DNA of 64,000 bases from Dictyostelium discoideum (GCA_000004695.1 CM000150.2:2048001-2112000); one strand, 5' to 3'; shown: positions 25,265 to 38,128, numbered from the stretch's first letter. The notes: generated from the letters alone by a model not told the origin. Program-made: numbers and translations.

Positions 25265-25338
25265 TGATCCGACCGAGGATCGAACTCGAGACCTGTTGCG
25301 TGTAAAGCAACCGTGATAACCGACTACACCATCCGACC
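25265..25338 (-). tRNA. tRNA-Val (anticodon TAC)
   Basis: Reverse complement gives GGTCGGATGGTGTAGTCGGTTATCACG-GTTGC-TTTACAC-GCAAC-AGGTC-TCGAG-TTCGATC-CTCGG-TCGGATC-A. Anticodon loop TTTACAC reads TAC. A T8 terminator follows on the transcribed strand (plus A-run 25252..25259). One G-G mismatch in my acceptor-stem pairing, so exact ends are +/-1. Confidence 0.75.
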
Positions 25339-25627
25339 TTATGAACTAATAATTTTCGATGGTTTGCCAGATTCGCAAATATAAGGTCGTAAGTTCGATT
25401 CTAGGTACTGACCATTAAAAAAATAAATGCCTTTGTTACCTATTTTAAACCTTAATACTTTTGAGGTACAATTAATTATGAAAGAATTATAAGGGAATAC
25501 ACCATCCAACCATTTGAAATTTTTTTTTTAAAAAAAAAACTTTATCAGCTATCAAATGCATTTGATTTTTTTAATTTTTAATATCCTAGAAGTTCAATTT
25601 GTTTTTAAATTTTATAAATATCATACC

Positions 25628-25655
25628 TCTCATAATAATAATAATAATAATAATA

Positions 25656-25716
<61 letters not shown>

Positions 25717-25720
25717 TTCG
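25628..25720. repeat. (AAT/ATA)n intergenic microsatellite
   Basis: About 30 uninterrupted trinucleotide units between the tRNA and the next gene. Confidence 0.8.
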
Positions 25721-25844
25721 ATTAGACAAACTCTTTCTGAAACTTAAAAGTGAAAAATAAATATTTCTACGACCATTTTTAATATTTACAAAATTTTATA
25801 AAAGAATTTTTTTTTTTTTTTTTTTATTTTTTATTTTTATTTCC

Positions 25845-26808
25845 TTAATATCTAAACCTCTTTTTAAAATTATCCATTGCCTCTTTATCAGTAGCTTTAT
25901 CTTCATTCCTTTGTTTTTTATTATTTGCATCTATTAAAAAAAAAAAAAATAAAAAAAAAGAATTAAAATTAATAACATAAAAAAAAATAATAATAATAAT
26001 AAACTTACATCTATTATGATATTGATAGTTTTGATTAAAATTTTGAGGAGTTAATAATTTTTCATAATTTCTAGGTTGTTTATCTAATGCATCTTTTGCT
26101 TTTTCAGTTTCTACAATATTCTTATACTTATAAACATCAGGTAATTGTACTTCAGCAATACCTGCGACCCAATTTGTTTTTTCCTCAACTTTACCTTTTT
26201 GACTTTTTAAATGTTCTGGTGTTTCAAATAAATTAATATCATTTTTATTTTCATCTTTGTCATTTGATTTATCTTTATCACTATCTAAATTATTATTATT
26301 ATTATTGTCATTTGATTTATCTTTATCACTATCTAAATTATTTTTTAAAATTTGTTGTTTTTTTAATTCCAATTGTTCATTTACATATTTTTCTCTAAAT
26401 AAATAAATAAATAATAATAAAAAATGAAAAAGAGATATTAATAAAATAGTTAACCATTTGTTTTTTTTTTTTTTAGAAAAAACTTACAAATATATATTAA
26501 CTTCTTGTTTATCTTGATGAACAGTAAAAGAATCATCCAATTTATTTTCTAATTCTCTAAAAGCTTGTTTAACATGTGGACCTTCAGCAAGTACACCAAC
26601 ATTTACACCTTTACCTTTTTCCCTTAATTTTTGTTTTTCTTTTGTTAACTCTAATAAATCTTTTAAATTATCTTCATTTTCTTGATTATCTTTTTCTTTA
26701 TTATTATTATCATCAATATCATCATTTGATTTAATTGATTTTCTTATATTTCTATTTTTTATTGGTTTTTTAAAATTTAATGGTATAATTGGTACTAATT
26801 TATCATTT

Positions 26809-26887
<79 letters not shown>

Positions 26888-27041
26888 CATTATTATTATT
26901 TTTAATGATATTATCTTTATTTTCTTGTTTAATATTATTATCTTTTTCTTTAATATTTTCTACATCTTGTTTACTAATTTCATTTTTTTCTTCATTTTCT
27001 TTAATATTATCTGTTTCTTCTTTTTTAGTTCTTTCACTCAT
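25845..27041 (-). CDS. Highly charged K/E/D/N-rich nuclear-type protein, 3 exons (26488..27041, 26009..26394, 25845..25930)
   Basis: Two minus-strand ORFs join via a GTAAGT donor and TTTAG acceptor (...EVNIYL/EKYVNEQLELKKQQILKNN...). A third short exon follows after the ...YHNR|GTAAGT donor, giving the terminus ...YANNKKQRNEDKATDKEAMDNFKKRFRY. The C-terminal FKKRFRY tail weakly recalls Cwc15/Cwf15 (FHKKFMEKYIK), but the N-terminus does not match; family unassigned. Confidence 0.55.
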
Positions 27042-27251
27042 TTTTTTATTTTTTTATTTTTAGATTTGTTTTTTTATTATTTTTTACAATATGAAATGAA
27101 AAAAAAAAAAAAAAAAAGTCAGAACACTTACAAAAATCTGTTTTTTTTATTTTTTTTATTTTTTTTTTTTTTTATTTTTTTTTTTTTTTTTCATTCGTTA
27201 AATTACAATAATACCTTTTTTATTATTTTTTTTTTTTTAAAATATTTAATA

Positions 27252-28868
27252 ATGAATTATTTAAATAAAATTAATAAAATTAATAATAAATTATTTTATA
27301 GTACAACAAGTAGTAGTAATGGAATTAAAAATGTTGTAATTAATAATAAAGATTATTTAAAAAGTTTAAAAACAAATGAAATTTGGGAATTAATAGTTGG
27401 TATTGAAGTGCATGCACAAACCAAAACTAAAGAGAAATTATTTTCAAATAGTTTAAATATTGGATCAATGGAAGGATTTAAAGCAAATTCACGTGTAAGT
27501 TTTGTAGATGCAGCATTTCCAGGTGCATTACCAGTATTAAATGATAAATGTGTTGAACAAGCCATTAAAACTGGATTATCAATTGGTGGAACCATTAATA
27601 GATATAGTTTTTTCGATCGTAAACATTACTTTTATCAAGATTTACCACAAGGTTATCAAATCACTCAATTAACCGAACCAATAGTTAAAGGTGGATCGAT
27701 CGAATTGGAATTAAGTGATGGTAGACAACACCAAATTCGTATATCACATATACAATTGGAACAAGATAGTGGTAAATCAATTCACGATTTACATCCAACC
27801 AAATCATTGGTTGATTTAAATCGTGCTGGTATCGGGTTAATGGAGATTGTATCACATGCAGATTTCACATCGAGTGAACAAGTTGGTTGTTATATTCAAA
27901 AACTTCAACATTTACTTAAACATATTGGTAGTTCAGATGCAAATATGCAATTTGGTGAAATGCGTTGCGATGTAAATATATCAGTTCATAAACCAAATAC
28001 TGAATTTGGTACACGTGTTGAATTAAAAAATATGATATCTGCTAAAGCAATAGTTTCAAGTATCGATTCTGAAGCAATTCGTCAAATTGACCTATTAGAA
28101 AATCAAAATAAAATTCAACGTGAAACTCGTGGTTTTAATCAAGAAACTGGTGAAACCTATCATTTACGTACAAAAGAAGATGAAGTCGATTATAGATTTT
28201 TCCCTGACCCTGATTTACCACCATTAATCATCTCTAGTGAAAGAATTGAAACAATTAAACAACAATTGGGTGAACTACCACAAGATATGAAAAAAAGATT
28301 AATCAAACAATATTCATTAACAAATTATGATGCAGAATTATTAATTCAAGATCAATCAATTGCAAAATTTTTTGAAAATTCAATTATATTTAATCAAAAT
28401 CATAATCAAAAACAAAGAGATATTAAAAAAATTTTAAACTTTTTATTACGTGATATTTTCTCTTGGTTAAATTCAAATAATATTCAAGATTTTAATTCAA
28501 TTATAAATGAAAATCAATTAAGTATTGAAAAGTTTACACAATTGTTAGATTTAATTGAACAAGGTTATATCTCAAGCAATATTGGTAAAACTATTCTTTT
28601 TCAAATTTTAAATGGTTCTGATAATAGATCACCAAAAGATTTAATAGATTCTCAAGGTTTATCTCAAATCTCTGATGATTCATTATTGGATCAATTGGTT
28701 CAACAATTGGTTGAAAATCATCCAAATGAAGTAACTGAATATCATCAAGGTAAACAAAGAGTTTATAAATTCTTTATGGGTGAAATTATGAAAAAAACTA
28801 AAGGTAGATCAAATCCTGAAATTGTTAATAATTTATTAAAAAAATATTTAGATTTAAAAAAAAAATAA
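27252..28868 (+). CDS. gatB: Glutamyl-tRNA(Gln) amidotransferase subunit B, mitochondrial (GatB/PET112)
   Basis: After a presequence-like N-terminus (MNYLNKINKINNKLFYSTTSSS) the protein matches GatB throughout: WELIVGIEVHAQ, RVSFVDAAFPGALPVLN, HYFYQDLPQGYQITQ, HIQLEQDSGKS, DLNRAGIGLMEIVS, MRCDVNISV, RVELKNM, RFFPDPDLPPL, and a C-terminal YqeY-like tail. The ORF-track start at 26925 runs through a poly-F junk frame; the real ATG is 27252. Confidence 0.9.
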   Translation: MNYLNKINKINNKLFYSTTSSSNGIKNVVINNKDYLKSLKTNEIWELIVGIEVHAQTKTKEKLFSNSLNIGSMEGFKANSRVSFVDAAFPGALPVLNDKCVEQAIKTGLSIGGTINRYSFFDRKHYFYQDLPQGYQITQLTEPIVKGGSIELELSDGRQHQIRISHIQLEQDSGKSIHDLHPTKSLVDLNRAGIGLMEIVSHADFTSSEQVGCYIQKLQHLLKHIGSSDANMQFGEMRCDVNISVHKPNTEFGTRVELKNMISAKAIVSSIDSEAIRQIDLLENQNKIQRETRGFNQETGETYHLRTKEDEVDYRFFPDPDLPPLIISSERIETIKQQLGELPQDMKKRLIKQYSLTNYDAELLIQDQSIAKFFENSIIFNQNHNQKQRDIKKILNFLLRDIFSWLNSNNIQDFNSIINENQLSIEKFTQLLDLIEQGYISSNIGKTILFQILNGSDNRSPKDLIDSQGLSQISDDSLLDQLVQQLVENHPNEVTEYHQGKQRVYKFFMGEIMKKTKGRSNPEIVNNLLKKYLDLKKK

Positions 28869-29108
28869 TAATAATAATAAAAAAATTATTATTATTATTA
28901 TTATTATTTTAAAAAAATTAAAATTTATTTAATTATTCTTTTTATTTTATTTTTTTTCAATAATATACATTTTTTTTTATATTAATTTAATTATTATTAT
29001 TATTTTTATTATTATAATTATTATTATTTAACATATACATTTTATTTTTTTTTGATTTTGTTTTTTTTTTTTTTTTTTTTTTTGTTTTTTTGATTTTTTT
29101 TTTTTAAT

Positions 29109-29611
29109 TTATCTTGATTTATGATTTGCTTTATCAAATTCAATTGAAATACTTGAAGAAATATCAGAAGCATCCATTCTAAAACCTTGTAAAAATTCTA
29201 AAGCAAACATTGAGGATTGAGTATCAATGAAATCACAAAAACACATTGGTAATTTTCCTTCTTTATTGATTAAACGAATTCCAACAAAACCTCTCATAAA
29301 TCTAAATAATATTGATAATTCTCTCTCTGTTACATCTTTTGGTAAATTTGATACAAATAATGTTGAACAAGGCATACCTGTTGTTGAAATTGATGATTGA
29401 GGTGGTAATGCTGAACCACCATGATAATGTGATGATGATAATGATGTTGATGATGGTGGTAAGTGATAATTTGATGAAGAAAGTGGTATTGAACTTGTAG
29501 GTATTAAATATGATGATGAAGATGAAGATGGTGTTGATCTCTATTTTCATTTTTTTTAAAAAATATAAAAAAATAAAAAATTATTATTATTTATTAATTA
29601 TTTTATTATTT

Positions 29612-29651
<40 letters not shown>

Positions 29652-30228
29652 TACATACATAGCTATCATGATATCTATCACTTGAAGAGTACAAAGATGA
29701 GGATGATGAGGATGATGATGATCTTGGATAATAATCTTCAGAACGAATTCTTTTTCTATCTTGATAATAATGTGAAGGTAATGGTGAAGATGATAATGGT
29801 GAAGATGATGATGATGAATATGGTGGTGAAGATGATGATGATTTAGATGTTCTATCTTTATAATCTATTGATTTTAAATCATCTTCATCATCCATTTCTT
29901 TTCGTCTATTACTACTACTACTACTATTATTATAATCTTTGCTATAACCTCTATCTCTACCTCTATCTCCACCATTACTATGACTATGATGATGTCTACT
30001 ACTACCACTACTACTATTATAGCTATCATTATGATGATAACTACTACTACTACTACTACTATTATTATAACTATAGCTATCCCTATTATCTCTAATTCTA
30101 TGATCATCATAGATATCTTTATTTCTGTCCTTTTGTTTTTTTATTATTAAAATTATTATTTTTTAAAATAATTGATTATTATCATCATAAAATTATTTTT
30201 AAAATTATTGATAAAATATATTAATACC

Positions 30229-30265
<37 letters not shown>

Positions 30266-30444
30266 GTTATTCTCCTTTTATCTGCAATCTATCATAATCT
30301 TATTATTTACTTTATCATAATCTATTATTAATGGTTTATCAGAAGAATCAAACTTATATCCAGTAAATTTGATCATTGCCATTGTTGCAAACTCTCTATC
30401 TTTAAATTCTACAAAAGCAAAATGAGGTTTCTATAAGAGAGAAG

Positions 30445-30479
<35 letters not shown>

Positions 30480-30704
30480 TATTAATAAAAATTAAGAAGA
30501 TGGAAATAAAAATATGTTTAAAATAATATTAATATTATTTAAAAAAAAAAAATAAAAAAAAAATAAAAATAAATAAATTACTCTTCTCATCATTAAATAA
30601 CCAGGTAAACTTTTAAATAAATTTTCAAAAGCGTCGTATGATACACGTTGTGGGATATCTTTTACAAATAAAACCCTTGATGGAGGTGCTTTATTTAAAT
30701 CCAT
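29109..30704 (-). CDS. RBPMS-like RNA-binding protein with two RRM domains and an S/Y/R/D-rich linker. Exons 30582..30704, 30311..30430, 29659..30129, 29109..29540
   Basis: Exons 1-2 encode RRM1 (RVLFVKDIPQRVSYDAFENLFKSLPGYLMMRR / KPHFAFVEFKDREFATMAMIKFTGYKFD). Exon 3 is a serine/tyrosine/arginine-rich low-complexity linker. Exon 4 encodes RRM2 (TLFVSNLPKDVTERELSILFRFMRGFVGIRLINKEGKLPMCFCDFIDTQSSMFALEFLQGFRMD...ISIEFDKANHK), which is like RBPMS/hermes (LRLEFAKANTK). Donors GTAATT/GTAAAT/GTATGT with in-phase acceptors. Confidence 0.7.
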
Positions 30705-30708
30705 TGTT

Positions 30709-30740
<32 letters not shown>

Positions 30741-31024
30741 TATTTGTTTTTTTTTTTTTTTCTTTTAATTTTAATTTTAATTTTTTATAAATGAAGTAAA
30801 AAAAAAAAAAAAAATTAAAAATAACAAAATTAAAAAAATTAAAAAAAAAAAAAAAAAAATCTTTTTTTAATTTTTTTTTTTTATTTTTATTTTTTAATTT
30901 TTATTTTTTTTTACATTTTTCATTCCGGACTGGAAAAACGTCTTTTTATTTTTTTTTTTTTAATATTTCAAAAAACACCTTTAGTGTGTGTGATTTACCA
31001 ACTAATCAAATAAAAAAAATAAAA

Positions 31025-31981
31025 ATGAGTGTAAATAAAATTATAGATTTTAGTAATAAATTTAGAAAAGAATTTCCATATGAAGAACTTGGTAAAATTA
31101 ATTGGTTCCCAGGTCATATGGTAAAGAATAGGAGATTATTAGTTGATACATTAAAATTTATAGATATCGTAATGGAAGTTCGTGATTCTCGAGCACCAAT
31201 TTCAACCGAGAATCCAATGTTATCAGAACTTTTAAAAGAATCTTCAAAAAAGAAAACTACAAAATTTATAGTTTTAAATAAAAATGATTTATCAAATAAA
31301 CATTTACAATCAAAAATTAAACAATATTTTGAAAAACAACAACCTCAACTACTACCACTACCACAACAACAATCACAACAACAATCACAACAACAATCAC
31401 AACAACAACCTCAACAACAATTTGTTGAATTTACACAATCAATTTTAACAGAATCACCACAAGCATTATCAATAAAATTAAATAAAGCAAATCCAAAACA
31501 CCCATTTCAATTAGTAAAGAAAGCAGTTGAAATTCATCATAAATTAAATCCACCAAAGTATAAAAACTATTTAACAACTCAATTAATGAGACCATTGAAT
31601 GTTTTAATTTGTGGTTTACCAAATGTTGGTAAATCAAGTTTTATCAATTCAGTTAGAAATGCTTCGAAAATTGGTAATTCAAAATCCGCAAAAGTCGGTG
31701 CACTACCCGGTGTAACTAGACATATTAGTGGTTTCGTCGCTTGTGAAGATCCACCAATTTTCATCGTTGACACTCCTGGTATTATGATACCTGGTAATTT
31801 AGATTCAAATGAAACTACACTCACTCTTGCATTATTAGGTTGTATCACTGAGAAAATAGTACCAATAATTTCATTATCTGATTTTTTATTATTTAAATTA
31901 AATTCAATTTCAAATTTTAATTATTTAAAATTAATTGAAAATGAAAATACAAAAGAAGAAGAAAAACAAGAAGAAAAACAA

Positions 31982-32019
<38 letters not shown>

Positions 32020-32332
32020 TGATAATTTAATACCAACAAATTTAGATAAATTTTCAAATGAACCAACTGATGATATTAATAAATTTTTAAAATTAGTTTC
32101 AAAAAGGAATAAAATGTTATTATCAGGTGGTTTACCAGATTTAGAATTGGCTGCAAAATATTTTATTGCCCAATATAGAGAAGGAAAATTAGGTTGTTTC
32201 ACACTAGATAAAATACAATTTCAACCAATTAATTCAAATCAAGAAGTTAAAAAAGATGAAAAAAAAGAAGTGAAAAAAGATGAAAAAAAAGAAGTAAAAA
32301 AAGGAAAAAAAAATGAAAAAAAAAAAAAGTGA
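31025..32332 (+). CDS. Mitochondrial ribosome-associated GTPase 1 (MTG1; YlqF/RbgA circularly permuted GTPase)
   Basis: Permuted motif order: NWFPGHM, DIVMEVRDSRAPIS, VLNKNDL (G4) before GLPNVGKSSFINS (G1), then DTPG (G3). A QQS-repeat insert (PQQQSQQQSQQQ) and a K/E-rich tail are present. ATG at 31025; the upstream track start is a non-ATG extension. Confidence 0.8.
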
Positions 32333-32757
32333 TGTAATTAACACACATGTATGCGCTTAATCCAAAAAAAGTAAACCTTTTTTTTTTATTTTTTTCTTTT
32401 TTATTTTTTAAAAAAATTTTTTTTTTTTTTTTTTTTTTAATCAAAATGTCTAAAAATAAAATTAACAAAATAAAAAATTTTTGGACTTGGGTTTGATATT
32501 TTCTTTATTTCCCAAAATAAAAGGAAATTTTTTGATTATTTTCCAAAATAAAAAAAAAATAATTGCGCCTTTTTTTTTTTTTTTTTTTTTTCAAAAATTA
32601 TTAAAAAAAAAACAAAAACAAAAAAAAATATACGATTTTTTTTTTTTTTTTATTTTTCATTCACCTTATCTCCCCCTCATTGTATAAAATAAATAAATAA
32701 ATAAAATTAAATTTTTGTATATTAAATAAATATATTTAAATTTTTGTATATTAAATA

Positions 32758-33408
32758 ATGATTAAAAATTCAAATATTAATTCAAATAGTAGATTAGATG
32801 ATCCAATTTTACAAGAAATTGAATTAAATAAAGTAGAGATTGGAAAGCATGCATCTTGGTCCGTTTCATCTGCAAAACCAGGATCAGGTGTTGAACAATT
32901 ACGTGATAATAATTTAGATACATTTTGGCAGTATGTTTTAAACAAAAAAAAAAAAAAAAAAAATAATAAATTAATAAATTTTTCTGACAATAATTATTAT
33001 TAATTTTTTTTATTTTTATTTTTTTTTATTTTTATTTTTATTTTTTTTAAAAAAAAAAATAAAAATAAAAATAAAAAAAAATAATAAATAATAAATTTTT
33101 CTGACAATAATTATTATTAATTTTTTTTATTTTTATTTTTTTTTATTTTTATTTTTATTTTTTTTAAAAAAAAAAATGACAGATCAGATGCACAGCAACC
33201 TCATCATATTACAATTCAATTCCCAAAGAAATGTTATATTGAAAACTTATTAATTCATTGTGATTATAAATTGGATGAAAGTTATACACCTTGTAAAATA
33301 TCAATAAAAGCTGGTACAATATTACACGACCTTCAAGAAATTATATTAACAGAATTAGAAGAACCATCTGGTTGGATCAATATTCCATTAAGTTTTAATA
33401 ATAAGTAG
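32758..33408 (+). CDS. anapc10: Anaphase-promoting complex subunit 10 (APC10/DOC1). Exons 32758..32930, 33183..33408
   Basis: Exon 1 ends ...[11 protein letters not shown] at a GTATGT donor. Exon 2 is [69 protein letters not shown], a canonical DOC domain. The 252-bp intron carries a tandem duplication. Confidence 0.85.
32961..33178. repeat. Tandem duplication (about 115-bp period, 2 copies) inside the APC10 intron
   Basis: The unit ataaatttttctgacaataattattattaattttttttatttttatttttttttatttttatttttattttttttaaaaaaaaaa occurs twice head to tail, separated by an (ataaaa)n spacer. Confidence 0.7.
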
Positions 33409-33545
33409 GTATTTATTTTTTAAAAATTTTTTTAAATTTTTTTAAATTTTTTTTTTTTTTTCTTTTTCTCATACATGCAATCGGTTTCAGTGTAAATTGG
33501 TCATATCTTTTTTTTTCAATCCAATCAATTTCAGTCCAATTTTCC

Positions 33546-33578
<33 letters not shown>

Positions 33579-34052
33579 TTTAGGTTGTAAATTTTTGTGA
33601 AATTTACCAAATAAAAAAAAAAAAAATTAGGAAATTAAAAATGATTAAATATTAACGTTAAATTTTATAATAAAAAAATAATAATAATAATAATAAAAAT
33701 TAACTACTAGTTCGCTTAAAGCAAATTTATTACAAATATCAATTTTATCAAATTTAAAAAATGGAAGAGATTCTCATATTAGGCAAATAAAAGTTTATGG
33801 AAAAAAAATGTATGTATTTGGGTTATAATATTCTACTACTAAAGTTTAATTACTAAATATTAATTTTTCTTTTTTTTTTTTTTTTTTTTTTTGGTTTAAA
33901 AAATTAGCTCAATAGAAAACTATACTCAATATCCAAAATTTAATTCACCAGAAGTATCAATGTTTCAAACTTTAAGATAAGATTCATTACTTTATTTTTA
34001 GGTTTATTTTTTTTTTATTTTTATTTTTTTTTAGATATATTTTTATTTAATG

Positions 34053-34084
<32 letters not shown>

Positions 34085-34802
34085 TAATTAATTATTTATG
34101 GAAATAGAAACAACACCCCAAAAACCACCAACAATTTCTGTGCTTTTTTTTTTTTATTTTTTTTATTTATTTTATTTTTTTTATTTTTTTTTTTTCGAAA
34201 TTTTTTTTTTTTTTTTTTATTTTTTTTTTTTTCATAAAACACTTATTATTTTTTTTTTTATCTTATATTTGATAGATTTGGTAACACACATATATAACCA
34301 ACCGTTAAAACCGTACCATATAAAAAAAAATTTTATTTTGATCAATATATTTTTTTTTTTTTTTTTTTAATCATATATTTTTTTTTTTAATATTTTATTA
34401 ATTTTTGTCATTAAAAATAAAAAAAAAAAAAGCCAAAAAAAAAAAAAATAAAAAAATAAAAAAAAATAAAAATAAAAATAAAAAAAATAAAAATAGAGGT
34501 AGAAAAAGAAAACAAAATAAAAGAAATCTATTAAATTTTATTACAGATTATTTTAAAAACAAACAAAAACAAAAACAAAAATTAAAAATCAAAAAAAAGA
34601 GATAGGGGAAAAGATATCGTATTTTCATAAAAAATATAAAAAATAAAAAATAAAAAAATAAAAATAATTATTTTATTTAGCTACATAAAATCCAAAAAAA
34701 AATAATAATAATAAATAAATAAATTAATAAATTAATAAATTAATTAATAAATAAATAAATAAGAAGGAAGTAAAGAAAAGTAAAAAATAAATTAAATTAA
34801 AA

Positions 34803-37800
34803 ATGATAAATAATGAATTACCAATAAATGGAGATATTGGTGGTGGTGGTGTTGGTGTTGGTAGTAATGGTATTGAAAAAAATAAAGAAAATAATCAAGA
34901 TAAAGTTAAAGAATCAACAATTAGCACTAGAAAAAAAAGAGATTTAGTTCAATGTTCAAATTGTAGTATTCAATTACCAATATCATCATATAAAACTCAT
35001 ATTAGTAATTGCACACCAATTTATTCGAAACCATCGATTACATTATCAATAAATTCACCACCAAAACACCAATCATCATCTTCATTAAAAGAAGCCACAA
35101 AAAGACTTTCATTATCACCAAAATCTCCATCACAACAACCATTATCACCAAACTCAATTAAAACTAGAAAAATGACGGGATCAATACCAACTCCATTATT
35201 CATTATTAATAATAATAATAATGATAGTAACAATACCACAAATAGTAATAATACAAACAATACACCAAATTCTAAAATTAAGAGAGGAAGAATGTCATCA
35301 TCAAATGTAATCCAACCAAAACCAACAGTAAAGAAAACACCAACAAAATCACCATCATCAAAATCACCTTCAAAATCACCTTCAAAATCACCAACAAAAT
35401 CATCTTCAAAATCACCATCAAAATCACCTTCAAAATCACCATCAAAATCTGAAACAACATCACCAAAAAAGAGAAAATATATAGCACCAAATAATAGTTC
35501 ACAATCTACAACACCAACATCATCAACATCAACTTCACCAACATCAAAATTAAAACAAACTCAATATAAGGTAATTATTATTATTATTATTATTATTACT
35601 ATTATAATTTTATATTTATATATATATATATAAAATATTAATTTTTTATTATTTATTTTATGAAAAAAAGGGATGGGCAAAAAATACAATTAGTGAATGG
35701 AGAATACCAGAAGCACCAGTATTTTATCCAACTATTGAAGAATTTAAATCACCATTAAGATATATTGAATCGATTAGACCAATAGCAGAGAAATATGGTA
35801 TTTGTAAGATTGTACCACCATTCAAGAGTGATTCAATTACAAAGAATATTGATCCAAAGAAATTTAAATTTAAAACTAAAGTTCAAAATATACATCAATT
35901 GAAGAGACGTTGGAATGGACCTAATGAATTGTTTGTATCTGATTTATGTGAGTTTTTAGATAAGAAAACCAATACACCATTGGAATCATTACCAAAATAT
36001 GATGGAAGGGATTTAGATTTCTATACATTGTTTTTAGAAGTCAATAGATGGGGTGGTTGTAATGAGTGTACTCATTCCTCCAAATGGAATGAAGTCATAA
36101 AGGTATTGAAAGTAACTGATTTCTGTAGTAAACCAATTCAAACCTTAAAGAATTATTATCATCGTTATTTGGATGATTTCGAATCTGATAGTAGAAAGAA
36201 ATTCATGATAACTCATAAATTAACTTCAAAAGATCAAATTGATAATCATTTATTTGTAAATGAAATCATTCAACAATATAATCAATATAGTAAATTTTAT
36301 AGTGAATTTGAAAAAGAAGAATCTTTAAATAATATTAAAAATAATAATAATAATAATAATAACAATAGTGATGATGAAAGAGATGAAGGTTCTGATGATA
36401 ATAATAATCAAAATAAAAATATTAATAGAAATATTGAAAGAGAAATTATTATTGAAGATTCAGATGATGAAAAATTAAATAATAATAATAATAATGATTA
36501 TGATTATGATTATGAAGAATCTGATGAAGAATCTGATGATGACCCAACAAAAGGTGTGGTTTTAAGAAAAAAAGAATTAAAGAAACCAATAATACAAAAT
36601 AAAACTATAACTACTCCAAAGAAAAGAGGTAGAAAGAGAAAGGTTCAACAAGAAATTAAAAAGGAGATAGAAGAAGAGGAAGAGGAAGAAGAAGAACTTG
36701 TAGAAGAAGAAAAAGAAGAACACATTGTATATAATAATAATAATAATAATAATAATATTAAAGAAGATAATTTAAATGATTTAGATGATGATTCAGATGA
36801 TTCAGATGATTCAGATGATTCAAAACAAGAATTTGGATTTTATGAAGGTAATACATATTCTTTGGAGGAATTTGAAATATTAGCTGCAAATTTTTCAAAG
36901 AAATGGTTTCCAGATGGTAATAATGATCCAAATACGGTTGAAAATGAATTTTGGAGAATTGTAGAGAATGGTGATGAAAATGTTCAAGTTCATTATGGTA
37001 GTGATTTAGATGTTACAACACATGGAAGTGGTTTCTCTAGAACTACAAATACGCAACCAAATGAACATTGGAATCTTAATCAAATGCCAAAGATGGAGGA
37101 ATCATTATTCTCTCATCTTACAGAGACAATCGCTGGTGTAACCGATCCAATGATGTATGTTGGTATGTTGTTTTCATCATTTTGTTGGCATAATGAGGAT
37201 AATTATCTCTATTCTATCAATTATCTTCACAAGGGTACCTATAAGACTTGGTATGGTGTGCCAGGCTCATGTTCGGATCAGTTTGAGAAAGTTATGAAAA
37301 ATCTTGTGCCAGAGTTATTCGAAAAACAGCCTAACCTTCTCTACCTTTTAATTACAATGATTTCGCCAGATGTATTCAAGCGTCGTCATGTTCCAATCTA
37401 TAAATGTTTACAAGGTCCTGGTGAATATGTAATTACATTCCCACAAGCGTATCATGCTGGTTTTAGTCATGGTTTTACAATTGCTGAAGCTGTTAATTTT
37501 GCACCACCAGATTGGATTCCATTTGGCAGTAGTTCCATCGAAAGATATCAAGAGACTCATCGTTCTTCAGTGTTTTCTCATGATCAACTACTCTATACCA
37601 TTGCAAATAGATCACCATCATCTGATCTTTCAGTTTGGTTATCTAAAGAATTTCAAAAAATTAAATCAAAAGAAAACTCATTACGTAATCAATTATTAAA
37701 ACGTAATCCAACTCTAATCATTGAAAAATCTCAAAAATCAACCCAAGAAATCTTAAATAATGAACCACTTCAATGTTTTGTTTGTAAATATGATTGTTTT

Positions 37801-37897
37801 CTTTCTTTTATTCAATGTAGTGAACATTCAATTGAAATTGATGATTTTAATCAACATCAATGGTTAGATAATAGTAATGATAGTATAGGTAGTAATT

Positions 37898-37984
<87 letters not shown>

Positions 37985-38128
37985 GTAATAATAAAACTAT
38001 TAAAATTTGTTGTCTTTCTCATTTTGAAGATCTTTGTGATTGTAATAAAAAGAAATTAATTTCTATATTTTCAATTGAAGATTTAGATAAAACAATTTCA
38101 AGTGTAAATAAAATTCAACATCAACATC

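Noticed and set aside
25845-27041. Assigning the charged 3-exon protein to Cwc15/Cwf15
   Set aside because: Only the C-terminal FKKRFRY tail resembles the family (FHKKFMEKYIK). The characteristic N-terminus and GNPLL motif are not evident, so it is left unassigned.
26925-27251. N-terminal extension of the GatB ORF
   Set aside because: It is a poly-F/I junk frame through A/T-rich promoter sequence. The conserved protein starts at the ATG at 27252 with a mitochondrial presequence.
30986-31024. Upstream track start (MCDLPTNQIKKIK) for MTG1
   Set aside because: It is a non-ATG start. The first ATG (31025, MSVNK...) gives a typical N-terminus.
34098-34605. Short ORFs in extreme A/T tracts (also 5635..5826, 8168..8422, 33413..33610, 54106..54432, 58938..59120)
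   Set aside because: They translate homopolymer runs (poly-F/K), lie in intergenic spacers, and have no codon structure.
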